From assembly GCF_963921235.1 (NCBI RefSeq), contig NC_086108.1:14756001-14820000 (forward strand): DNA of 64,000 bases, written 5' to 3'. The notes under the pieces are model-generated. The model was given only the letters and a program-made list of their open reading frames with translations, was not told where the DNA came from and made no database searches. Shown in pieces: positions 22,735 through 34,826 of this stretch. The first letter of the stretch is position 1. Each line of letters opens with the position of its first letter. Position numbers and translations under genes: made by a program. Origin of the DNA: Mobula hypostoma. Lineage: Eukaryota.

Positions 22735-24862
22735 GTAGGTTCCCATGACTTTACTCCTGCCCACTGATCTCTCAGTGATGAAGGGTTTGATACCACAATG
22801 GAAGAACCAATGTTCATTGTCACCAAATATGTAGTGACAATCAGTCTGCTGGAGTATCTTATCTGGCTGAGCAGCTTCTCTGGGGGGGGGGGAGGAATGG
22901 TCAACATTTCAGGTTGAAACTCTGCATCAGAACTGAAAGTGGAGAGGGGAGATGGCTAATATAAAGAGGAGAGAGGGAGAATTGAGACAGGGTCCAGAAG
23001 GTGATTGGTAGACTGCAGATGGATGAAGCATGACAGGCAGATAGATCCAAGTAGGCAAGGCTGGAGTTGGGAGCCAGAGGCAGGTGGGTGATAGGTAGAG
23101 GCAGATAGAGTGAGGTTGGGAGATGGAAGGGTGAAGGTAGAGACAACTGCAGAAGGGAGATAAACAGGAACACAAAGTGGCATTCAATTCTGATCAATAA
23201 AGGAGGTGCTAATGGGATCATGAAGGGACAGGTGAAGAGCAGGTGGAACCAGATGGGGAAATGGATTTGATGGATGAAATGTGTTGGTAGTGGGTGAATA
23301 GAACCAGGAGGGAGACAAGAGGTAGAAGATGCAAAAAGGGACAAAAATGAAAATACTGGACCTGATCTACTTATCACAAGTGAATGTGATAGCTTGGTAA
23401 AGAAATAGGCATTTCACTATTTGTTTAGGAACAAACTGCTAGAGGAAGTGGTAGAGATGGATACAATTACATTTCAAGACACTCAAAGACAGGTATTAAC
23501 AGGGAAGGCTTAGGGAGTTAGGGACCAAACATGGAAATGGGACCAGCTTAGTAGTGATCTTGGTCAATATAGATGAGTTTGGACAAGGGGCTTATTACTA
23601 TGCAGTATGACTCTGTGACTGCATGACTTTAGCATGTGATGTCTCCAGGTGCCAGATTTTCTACACTTCACCTGATTGTCTACATCACCCTGTCCCTTCT
23701 GTATATCACCCACCCCCACATCTTCCCAATTTCTATCCAACCCTTACTTCCTCCCACCACGCTCACACTATCTGACCCACTTTCGGATCTGATGTGGCAT
23801 CTTTCAAACAGCACTTCATCACCAGTAGTGCTGTACTCTGTACAATGAGGAGATGTAGGGAACACGGCTACTCGCATGTTCCGTATCCAGAATCTGAATC
23901 TTTCTTCAAATGGCACAGCACATCTTTGACACCAGTCTCAAAGGGCAGCAGAGACACAAGACACTGGAATCTGGAGCAACAGGCTGCAGGAACTCAGTGG
24001 TTTGTACAGCACCTGTGGGGGGGAAGGAATTATCAATATTTCCTGTTGAACTCCTCTCCAGCTCCCATCACCCATTTTCCCCTCTCCCTCCTGGTTGCAT
24101 CCACCCACCCACTGGCTTCTCCTCCCCCCCCCCCCCCAAAGTCTGGATCCAGTTCCAGCTGTCTTTCACCTGTCTGCTGATGGTTCCCTTCTCACCATTT
24201 TTACTTGTCAGAATCCACTACTGGTAGCTCTCCAGCAACTGTCTCCAGCTTTCACCCTCCTCCCCACCCCACCCCCACCTTGCCTCCTTTTAGACTCTTC
24301 CTATCTGTAACACACTTGTCCAACTCCACACCTTCCCTCCCCTACCTGTCATATTTCACCCCTCCCTCAGTCTACCGATCACCAACTTGGCCTAACTCAT
24401 CACTCTACCTCTTCTCTTTATACAGTCATCCTCCTCTCTCCAATCAGTCCTGATGCATGGTTTTGAACTGAAAAGTCAACAATTCCTATTCCCCCCCCCC
24501 CCCAACCACACACAGATACTGCTTGACTTGCTGGATTCTTCCAGCAGAGTGCTTCTTGCTTCGAGTACCTTGTGCAGTGGTACCTCATCCCTAACGGCAG
24601 TTTGTCCTGCTCCTGCTCCGCCACAGTACTACACTGGAGATGTCCGGACACACTCCAGTGCCTGGATTGAGACTTGACCTTACAACCTCACCGCTCAGAA
24701 CCACGTGCTGGCTGCTGAGATGTGACTGTATTGTCTGGTGAAAGGGGGTTCACTATGGCTGCTAAGTCCACTCAGTTGACTGAAACACAGCAACCTTCGA
24801 AATCCCATCCTGCTGGCGTGATCATCTTTAAAATAAATGCCTTCTGTTTTCTGTCCTTCCAG

Positions 24863-25393
24863 GTTAAGAGTGAGAGCCCAGTCCCTTCCACGTCCGGGAC
24901 CAGTACACCCAAGCATGGACGGAGACAGCTTCCACAAACGCCCACCAAGCCCCGGCCCCATATTTCATACTCCCCTGTGGCACAGCGCCCCGACACCTTG
25001 TCACCCCCATCCAGCCAAGCCACCCCAAGGAGCAGAGAGGCCAGGTATCAGTCCCTGAGAGTTCAACCCAACAAGACACTGTGGACCGAGTCTCCTGGTC
25101 TGAGCAAGAAGACTGACAGCCAGCACTCGACGCCGCTGCGGTACATTTCAGAGCCCTCCCTGACCCTCCATGATGATCTGGGCAGCCTGGACCAGGCCCT
25201 TGGCGAGGAAACACTCACCTTCGAAGCTGCAGTGGCCACAAGCCTCGGCAGGTCCCACACCATTTCTTCTGCGCCTCCTCTCAGGCACTCCTGGCAACTG
25301 CCCAACGGGAGTTACCGCACTCGAGTGGTGCGATGCGGAGCAACCACTGTCCCCGACCCCTTCACTGACACTGATGAGGACGACAAATGCTAA
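24863..25393 (+). CDS. CACNA1E: Terminal coding exon of Cav2.3-type channel (VKSESP...RRQLPQTP...[17 protein letters not shown]...DTDEDDKC*)
   Basis: ttccag acceptor; [35 protein letters not shown] and C-terminal DDKC match Cav2.3; TAA at 25391-25393. Confidence 0.95.
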   Translation, partial: VKSESPVPSTSGTSTPKHGRRQLPQTPTKPRPHISYSPVAQRPDTLSPPSSQATPRSREARYQSLRVQPNKTLWTESPGLSKKTDSQHSTPLRYISEPSLTLHDDLGSLDQALGEETLTFEAAVATSLGRSHTISSAPPLRHSWQLPNGSYRTRVVRCGATTVPDPFTDTDEDDKC

Positions 25394-26074
25394 ACTTGGC
25401 ACGAACGCAAAGGGGGTTGGGCAGGGGAGCGAAGGAGGAGGACGGGAGAGGAAATCAAATCACCGTGGTGCGTGGCTACAAGGAAAAACCAAAACAAAGA
25501 AGTCTGCAAAACCTTATAAATACTGAAGGGACCAGATTCTCCAGGAGTGCAGTCTCCCAAGTGTGAAAGATGAAGGTTTTGCTCCCACCTCTCCCAACTC
25601 CCCAGCACCCCAAACTGGACCATGCATGGATAAGTCAAAGTGCAAGTTGGCATTACCCAACTACATATGGACAAAGGTGTCATTTCAGGAGATTCAGCAC
25701 AGGGACATTGTAAAAGACCTCACACTCTTGCTGAAGCAGCATTGGATGAGTCTCCTGGATCCTTCCCTTTGTACGTTACCAACAGTGACAGACACTTTGG
25801 ATGGGGAGAGAGTCAAGCCTGCTGCTCCCTCACTCCGAGTCCCATAGGTTGTGTGTTGCTTGAAACCCCAAAACTTCCAACCCCTCCCCTGACCCTGTCC
25901 TGGGGTAGCAGCAGCCCCCTTGCCTTTCCTCCTTATTTTTGATCACCCATTATCTTTATATTTGAAAAATGTTCTATTCTTTCTGAAAATCTAAACCAAA
26001 AAAAAGCTGTGCTATACAAATATTGTTAACATTTTCACCGAAATGGTAAATGTGTTGGCAGAATCAGCTGTGCC

Positions 26075-26300
26075 CTGTGACTACAGCAGCAACAAACAGA
26101 CATCTTCAGCTGTGACTACAGTAGGAATAGACAGGCATTTTATACTGTGACTACCAGTAGGGCCAGACAGATGTCTCCTACAGTGATTACAGTAGGACTA
26201 GTCAGGCTTCTCCGGCTGTCACTACAGTAAGACCACATTGTCACCACCAACTGTGACTACAGCATGATCAGACAGGTGTTTCCGGTTGTGACTACCATGC
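26075..26300 (+). repeat. Diverged 35-bp tandem array (about 6.5 copies) in the calcium channel 3'UTR
   Basis: CTGTGACTACAG-like cores at 26075, 26110, 26145, 26181, 26216, 26251 and 26286. Confidence 0.85.
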
Positions 26301-26858
26301 AGTTCATTGCAGAGTGATTTGGCAATAACAGGCACTCCTGAAATGTGCAAGGACCACATGAAATCCCATGTGCTGTAATGCTGCCACTTCTGAAGTGCTT
26401 TAAACAGAGAAAGTAGAAAAGTTTTATTTGTAAATAATTACAGTTCTCCTTCCTTACTCTGCCATCTTCCTGTAATCCATTTCCTACTTCCTGCCTGAAA
26501 GACTGCCCGGTGTGTGCTTCTAGTATGATGCATGGAGTTTGGAAAGTTCTGTCAACCTATTGAGTTCAGTGATTAACTTACTGGCATGTGATTGAGATTT
26601 TAAGAAGTGTTTCTGATTTCTTTTCCAATATATGAAACATGTTTAAATTAAACGCTTGATTTTTAATGCAAGATGACCATAACATTCACTGGGCTTTGCC
26701 CCAGTGGCATTGACTGAAACTCAGCCACTCTCTAGCCTTTTCACATTGTACTTTTGGCACTGCGATAGCCCTTTATAAAGTGTATTGTGTGGTATTGACA
26801 ATCAGAATGCTAAAAGGTGTTTGCTTTGTCCTGGAGCTTTAACTTTTATGTCCAAATC

Positions 26859-26864
26859 AATAAA
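26859..26864 (+). terminator. Probable polyadenylation signal of the calcium channel gene (3'UTR about 25394-26880)
   Basis: First AATAAA noticed after the stop, closing ~1.5 kb of TE-free AU-rich sequence. Confidence 0.5.
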
Positions 26865-28949
26865 AATCCTTTACCAGGTGATGGTGTAGTGGTCTGAGAG
26901 TGAGTCCAGATTGCCTCCCTTCCTGAAAGGACATGTTACCAGCTCCCAAGCTTCACAACAGGTATGAACATACACTGGGGTCACTCTGCCATAGCCACGT
27001 AGGGCAACAGAGATGGTCAAAACCATCCTCTCTGCAATGGGTGGAATGCAGCTGCGACAAAGAAGTCCCTTCAGTAAAGTGATCTCAACCAATCCAAACA
27101 TATGGCTTGAAGGTGCTTGTACTCAGGGTGAGAAGGCTGGAAGGAGAAGTAGGGATGACTCCAGGAGATGGGGGAGGTGACACTGGGAGGGGGGAGGTGA
27201 CACTGGGAGGAGAGAGGTGGGGCGAACCCAGGAGGGAAAGGGAAGATGGGATGAACCTGGTGGCAAGGTCACCTCCTGACAGAACAAGAAAGGTAGAGAT
27301 GATCCTCAGAAAGGAGATGTTGACCCAAGTGAGGAGTGGCGTTGATCCCAAGGGAAGTGAATAGCTGGGTTGAAAGAGTAAAAGTACCCTCTTGGTCAGG
27401 GTCCCATCCTCAACTTGCGGTGACAAACCCCCACCTCCTCCCCACACCCTACCTGTATGTATAGCTAACCCACTCACATTCACTTCCCTCCCTGTGCAAT
27501 GAGCTGCCTTTCCTCCCACCCATTTCAGATGCTGAGGGTATCTCCTTCCCTTGGCTACAAAAGGTAACCATGGACACTGAGGTGAGTGGCAGGGTCAGAA
27601 GAGGTCCTTGGTGTATTCCAGGCAGGGAGCTGGTGTTTGAGATCATTGGCTGATCTCTGGTCCCCCCGTTCACTGGTCACCGTGTGTGATGAATCCCCAG
27701 TGGAGACTGCATCTCCTGTGTACTCAGGCTTAACCTGTCCCAACTCAAATAATCCCACTGAGTGAGATTTCAGGGTGAGAACAAGAAGATGGTGGAGATT
27801 GAAAGAGTAGAAATCTGCAGATCCTGAAAGCCTGAAATCAAATGTCAAAGCGTGTTCTGCTGCAAGGTTTCAACCCACAACATTGATCATCTTGCTTTTT
27901 CCACAGATTCTTGCCTGAGCGGCTGAGTTCCTCTTACAGCTCGTTTCTTGCTTTGAGTTAGATGGAATGTTTGTCGCACACTTCCTTGGTCAGAAGCAGA
28001 GGCACTTCCATGAGAAACAGTCGGCAGGTCAGAGAGAGTGAACATTTCCGGTTGAAGACCTTGGAACTAGGGACAACTGGAATACAAGCATGTTTGAGGT
28101 TACAGGGAAGCGGGAATGGTGGAGAGAGCAAAGAATTGTGTGTGACCAGAAAGATTGCCTGTATACATGGATTAATTGCTGTCTGCAGAAGGTGAAAGAT
28201 GGGAGTGTGGTGGGACTGAAACGTTGTGAGATGCAGAACAGATGCTAGAATCCTGAAAAGGAAGAGAATGCTGGAAATACCCAGCAGGTTGGGCAGTGAA
28301 GGTGGAGAGAGACTCCAAACCAATGTTCCATCAGCACAGACCAGTTCTGACACAAAACTGGAAAGGCTGGTTATCTGCAGTTGCTGAATTCCAGGAAAAG
28401 TGCCTCGGTGGATGACAAGGAGCTGCATTTACATAGTTTTTGTTGGATAGATGTAGAAAGCCAAACCTGAGCTGTCAGTGTGGAGGAAGTCATCAAATCA
28501 TAGCACAGAAACAGACCTCTTTAGCTCTACTGGGCCACATTAACCAAGATAGCCATCCAAGCTAGTGCCATCTGACTGCATTTGGTCCATATCCCTCTAA
28601 ACATATCTTTCCAACTATCTGTCCAGCCATCTTTTAAATGTGGTACCTGCCTCACACACTTCCTCTGGCAACTTGTTCTATATACTCACCATCCTTTGTG
28701 TAAAAAAAAATGTCGCCACTCAGATTGCTATTAAATCTTTTCCCTCCCCACTTTAAACCTATGCCGTCAACTTCTTGATTCCCCTGTCCTGGGTTAAAGA
28801 GACTGTGTGTATTCACCCTATCTCTACCCCTCATGGTTTTATACACCTCTGTAAGGTCACCTCTCAGTCTCCTACTTTCGAAGGAATAAAGTCCTAGCCT
28901 GTTCAACCTCTCTATAAATTGGAATCAGAATCAGGTTTATTATCACGCG

Positions 28950-30655
28950 GGTGGAAGTTCCCACTTGCTTCAAAAAGGCAACAATTATACCAGTGCCTAA
29001 GAAGAATAATGTGGGCTGCCTTAATGAGCTGCCCAAAAGCACTCACATTGACAATGATGAAATGCTTTGAGAGGTTGGTCATGACTAGACTGAACTCCTG
29101 CCTCAGCAAGGACTTAGACCCATTGCAATTTGCCTATCACCACAATAGGTCAACGGCAGACGCAATCTCAATGGCTCTCCACACGGCTTTAGACCACCTG
29201 GACAACACAAACTCCAACGTCAGGATGCTGTTCATCAACTATAGCTCAGCATTTAATACCATCATTCCCACAATCCTGATTGAGAAGTTGCAGAATCTGG
29301 GCCTCTAACTCCCTCTGCAATTGGATCCTCAACTTCCTAACCATAAGACCACAATCTGTGCGGATTGGTGATAACATATCCTCCTCGCTGATGATCAACA
29401 CGCGCACCTCAGGGGTGTGTGCTTAGTCCACTGCTCTACTCTCTACATACACATGACTGTGTGGCTAGGCATAGCTCAAACACCATCAATAAAGTTGCTG
29501 ACGATACGACCATTGTTGGTAGAATCTCAAGTGGTGATGAGAAGGTGTACAAGAGTGAGATATGCCAACTAGTGGAGTGGTGCTGCAGCAACAACCTGGT
29601 ACTCAAAGTTAGTAAGATGAAAGAGCTGATTGTGGACTTCAGGAAGGTTAAGTCGAAGGAACACATACCAATCCTCATAGAGGGATCAAAAGTGGAGAGA
29701 GTGAGCAGTTTCAAGTTCCTGAGTGTCAAGATCTCTGAGGATCTAACCTGGTCCCAAAATATTGATGTAGTTACAAAGAAAGCAAGACAGTGGCTATACT
29801 TTATTAGGAGTTTGAAGTGATTTGGCATGTCAACAAATACACTCAAAAACTTCTATAGTTGTACCGTGGAGAGCATTCTGACAGGCTGCATCACTGTCTG
29901 GTATGGAGGGGCTACTGCACAGCACCGAAAGAAGCTGCAGAAGGTTGTAAATCTAGTCAGCTCCATCTTGGGTACTAGCCTACAAAGTACCCAAGACATC
30001 TTCAGGGAGCGGTGTCTCAGAAAGACAGCTTCCATTATTAAGGACCTCCAGCACCCAGGGCATTCCCTTTTCTCACTGTTACCATTAGGTAGGAGGTACA
30101 GAAGCCTGAAGGCACACAATCAGTGACTCAAGAACAGCTTCTTCCCCTCTGCCATCCGATTCCTAAATGGACATTGAATCTTTGGACACTACCTTACTCT
30201 TTTTAATGTACAGTATTTCTGTTTTTGCACTTTTTTAAAATAATCTATTCGCTGTGTACATACATCTACTGATGCTTCTGGACACATCTTCAGTGATGTT
30301 CCTGGAATCATCGGGTGTTTCGGGTCTTTCAACATCATACAACCTCCTCCAGGTGACCCAGCCGGGGCTAATCAGACCCCAGCTTGTGTCCAGATGGCTA
30401 GCTACTTATGACTCCATGGCTCCCCTCTTCTGAGCCACAGCCATCTTGAGGCCCTCTCTGCTGCATCGGTGGTACTGCGGATGGCTCTCCTCTTCCTCTC
30501 TCCCTCGATGCCCAAAATTCAATATACATATACCATAATTGATTTACTTATTATTTTTTTCTCTGCTAGATTACGTATTGCATTGACCCGCTGCTGCTAA
30601 GTTAACAAATTTCATGTCACATGCTGGTGATAATAAACCCGATTCTGATTCTGAT
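28950..30655 (+). mobile_element. Rex1/Babar LINE (RT plus 3'UTR, (ATTCTG)n tail)
   Basis: [29 protein letters not shown] and [20 protein letters not shown] motifs. Confidence 0.9.
30251..30516 (-). mobile_element. 3' end of a restriction-like-endonuclease non-LTR retrotransposon (HERO-like), nested in a Rex1 3'UTR
   Basis: Minus strand reads LGIEGERKRRAIRSTTDAAERASRWLWLRRGEPWSHK* then a UTR; ATTC duplicated at 30247-30250 and 30517-30520. Confidence 0.55.
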
Positions 30656-30847
30656 CTTACCGTCTCACTAAAATGCGATGTTTTCTGGCAGCAGTACAGT
30701 GCATAGACATAAACTTCTTATAAATAACATAATAAATAAAGTTATAAAACAAAAAGAATAATGAAGTAGTGTTCATGCTTTCATGGACCATAGCAGAGGG
30801 GAAGGAGCTTGGGTCTTCAGTCTCCTGTACCTCTGCCCTGATGGTAG

Positions 30848-32095
30848 TATTGAATTGAATTGACTTTATTTCTTACATCCTTCACATACATGAGGAGTAA
30901 AAGTCTATATGTCTCCATTTAAATGTGTAATGTGCAATCATAGTAATTTATAATAATTTATAATAAATAGAACAGTCAATGTAACATAGAAATACAAGCA
31001 AATCAGCATGAGTTAATCAGTCTGATGGCCTGGTGGAAGAAACTGTCCCGGAACCTGTTGGTCCTGGCTTTTATACTGCGGTACCATTTCCCGGATGGTA
31101 GCAGCTGGAATAGAATGTGGCTGGGGTAACTTGGGTCCCCAGTGATCCTGACTTTGTAAATGTCCTGAATCATGGGAAGTTCACAACTAGAGATGTGCTG
31201 GGCTGTCCACACCATTCTGCAGAATCTTGAGATTAAGGGAGGTACAGTTCCCATACCAGGCAGTGATGCAGCCAGTCAGGATGCTCTCAATTATGCCTCC
31301 GTAGAAAGTTCTTAAGATTTGGGGGCCCCATACCAAACTTCCTCAACCGTCTGAGGTGAAAGAGGCGTTGTTGTGCCTTTTTCACCACACAGCTGGTATG
31401 TACAGACCACGTGAGGCCCTCAGTGATGTGGATGCCAAGGAACTTAATGCTGTTTACCCTCTCAACCCCAGATCCATTGATGTCAATAGGGGTTAACCCA
31501 TCTCCATTCCTCCTGTAATCCACAATCAGCTCCTTTGTTTATGCGACATTGAGGGAGAGGTTGTTTTCTTGACACCACTGTTTCAGGGTGATGACTTCTC
31601 TGTAGACCACCTTGTTATTGTTTGAGATTAGGCCGATCAATGTAGTACCATCAGCAAATTTAATTAGCAGATTGGAGCTGTGGGAGGTGACGCAGTCATG
31701 GGTATACAGAGAGTAAAGGAGGGGACTCAGTAAAAAGCCCTGAGGGGCTCCTGTATTGAGAGTCAGAGGGGTGGAGGTGAGGGAGCCCACTCTTACCACC
31801 TGTCGGCGATCCAATAGGAAGTCCAGGATCCAGCTACACAAGGCAGGGTGAAGGCCGAGGTCTCTGAGCTTCCTGTCGAGCCTGGATGGAATTATGGTGT
31901 TGAATGCTGAACTGTAGTCCAAGAATAGCATTCTCACATATGCATCCTTCTCCAGATGTGTAAAGACGGTATGTACAGAAGTGGCTATTGTGACGTCTGT
32001 CGATCAGTTGTGTCGGTAGGCGAATTGTAGGGGGTCCAGTTTGGGTGGTAGCATGCTGCAGATGTAGTCTTTGACCAGCCTCTCAAAGCAAGTAA
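30848..32095 (-). mobile_element. Rex1/Babar LINE with (TTCAA)n tail
   Basis: [38 protein letters not shown] motifs. Confidence 0.9.
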
Positions 32096-32269
32096 CGGGA
32101 AGAGGCGTGTCCCAGATGGCGATGGTCCTTAATAATGGAGGTTGCTTCCTTGAGGCACACCTCTTGAAGGTGTCCTTGGTGGCAGGGAGGTGCTGATTCA
32201 GTCTACAACTCTCTGTAACTTCTGATCTTGTGCACTGGAGCCTCCATGCCAGGCTGTGATGCAACTACT

Positions 32270-32665
32270 CAGGAGAAGGCGGCAGAATAAGAAGCTGGGG
32301 GAAGGGGAGATGTACAAGCTGCCAGGTGACCGGTGAAGGGGAAGTTGGGGGTTGGTGAAGGGGACAGTGTTGAAGTAGGAAGCCAGGAGGTGATAGGTGG
32401 AAGAGGTAAAGGGCTGAAGACAGAATCTGATAGGAGAAGATAGTGGACCAGGGAATAAAGGGAAGGAGAGAGGCGGTGAGCTGATGAGAACAGAATGAGT
32501 GAGAGGGGAACTAGAATGGAAAAAGAGAAACGGGGTGTGGAGAGAAATCACCACGTTTGAGAAAGTGATGTTCATGCCATCAGTTCGGAGGCTACCCAGC
32601 TGGAATCTGCTCCTCCAACATGAGTGTAGCCTCTTCATGACATTAGAGGTGGTCATGGACTGACA
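32270..32665 (-). mobile_element. Penelope-like element 3' part (end of GIY-YIG endonuclease plus pyrimidine-rich pLTR)
   Basis: Minus-strand FQLGSLRTDGMNITFSN resembles the PLE ORF terminus, followed by a CT-rich tail. Related decayed pLTRs at about 22840-23330, 23950-24560, 27960-28400, 35420-35895, 61690-61920 and 62200-62470. Confidence 0.6.
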
Positions 32666-34411
32666 TTCCAAGAAAGTAAAGACACTGCCATGTGATTGTA
32701 TCTCAGTGCTAGGCATAAGACAGGTGATCTATTACGTTAATGCCAGTGAATTTAAAGCTGATGTTCAGTGTATTGTGTTTCCTACAAACCTGTCTGCCCT
32801 CTCCTGAGTTTCAGCTATCAGTATTCCTTTCTCATCTGCTTACCTTCGACATTGTGTCATCTCCTCAGGGACCACACGGCAGCTGAAAGGTGCAAGGATA
32901 TGGGTGACATTTCTCTGTCTGCCTTAGCTTACTGTCCTGATTTGGGCGATTACAGGAGCAACTTTCTGCCACAGGGTGTCTCTACTGCTTTACTTTTATT
33001 AAATAGTGAACTTAGACACATTTTCTTTCGACACAGGAGGTTCACTCTCAAATCAATCCCATTCCCTCATTTTTCCCTGTTCTTTCCTACAATCACCATC
33101 ATTCCCCCTCAGACTCTGTCATTCACCGACACAAGCAAGAGACCAATTAAACCACCAAAACTCTCGTCTTGGTGATGTGGGAAGAAACTGGAGCACCCTG
33201 TGAGGTCACTGAGAACGTGCAAACTCCACAGAGAGGACACCAGAGTCCAGGGTCGAACCTAGGTCAGTGGTTCTATCCCTCTTCTGTCAGTCAGTGCCCA
33301 CTGGTCATATCTAACTGCTGTTGCTGTCAGTGAAACTTCCTGACCAAAAGGAGTTAACACCATACTTTGTGCTCGCTGTCCGCTATCACACAAAGCTCCA
33401 AGTGAAGTGTGATATTTGAGGGAATCACTGAGTGCTCAGGATAATCTCCACAACATGGGGAATGTGAGTAAGGAATTGACATCACAGGAAAAGCCCTCCC
33501 CACCATTCAGCACATCTACATGGACATTGCCAGAAGAACGAAACATCCACACCATCCAGACCATGCTCTCTTCCCATTGCTATCATTGGGAAGGAGGTAC
33601 AGGGAGCCTTTGGTTGCACAGCACCAGGTTCAAGAACAGTTATTACCCTTCAACAATCAGGTTCCTGAACCAGCGTGGATAACTTCATTCACTTCAACAC
33701 TGAACACAGACCTTATGAATGCACTTTCAAGTACCCTACAACTCATGCTCTCAGTATTATTTATTTATTTATTTATCTGTCTATCTGTTTATTTTTTATT
33801 TGCACATCGGTTGCCTATCAGTCTTTGTGTATAGTTTTTCATTAATTCTATTGTATTGTTCTACTGTGAATGCCTACAAGAAAATGAATCTCAGGGTAGT
33901 ATATGGTGACATACAGAGCATGTACTTTGATTATAAATTTACTTTGAACACAGTTAAGGAAAGGATGAAATGGCAGGCTGCTTTGCAATTTTCCAAATGT
34001 GCTGGGATAACGATAACGCTGATGTTAAGTACTCAACAAGTGGCAGGTGGGTCAAGAGAACATAGACCAACTCCCTTGAAAGCCTGCTGCTGTCTCCACC
34101 CCAGCTACAGGTGGAAAGAGCCCCACTTGACCCCAGTTGGCAAGTTGTAGCTTTATGAAGCCCTGGTTAGGCTGCATCTGGAGTATTGCATTCAATTGAG
34201 AAGGATGTGTTGGCTTTGGTGAGGGTGCAGAAGAGGTTCACCAGGAAGCATCTGGTGCTATAAGGTGAGTTTCAGTGCTGGTTGTTTCCTCAGGAGAGGT
34301 GGAGGCCAAAGGACGATCTATACAAGTTGATAAAATTCTGAGAAGCACAGAGGAGACAGCTGGTATCTTTTTTTCCCGGGGTAGAAATATCTAGTAGTCA
34401 TGCATTTATGA

Positions 34412-34826
34412 CACTAGACACTAGAATACTACAGCACAGTACAGGCCCTTCGGCCCTCGATGTTGTGCCAACCCATATATTCCTTAAAAAAATGTACTAA
34501 ACCCACACTACCCCACAACCCTCTATTTTTCATTCATCCATGTGCCTGTCCAAGAGGTTCTTAAATACCCCTAATGTTTTAGCCTCCACCACCATCCCTG
34601 GCAAGTCATTCCAGGCACCCACAACCCTCTGTGTAAAAAATTTACCCCTGATGTCTCCCCTAAACTTCCCTCCCTTAACTTTGTACATATGCCCTCTGGT
34701 GTTTGCTATTCCTGTCCTGGGAAACAGGTACTGGCTATCCACCCTGTCTATGCCTCTCATAATCTTGTAGACCTCTATCAAGTCCCCTCTCATCCTTCAA
34801 CGCTCCGAAGAGAAAAGTCCCAGCTC
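34412..34826 (-). mobile_element. CR1 3' fragment
   Basis: MRGDLIEVYKIMRGIDRVD..TRGH..FFTQRVV motif. Confidence 0.8.

Noticed and set aside
24722..24862. ORF-track N-terminus of the last channel exon
   Set aside because: Intronic read-through upstream of the ttccag acceptor
26075..26300. CRISPR-like repeat-spacer appearance
   Set aside because: Vertebrate DNA with no cas genes; the spacers are related to each other, so this is a diverged minisatellite
30295..30345. Hammerhead-like ggttgtatgatg...cgaaacacc in the HERO-like 3'UTR (minus strand)
   Set aside because: Lacks an intact CUGANGA box and stem I
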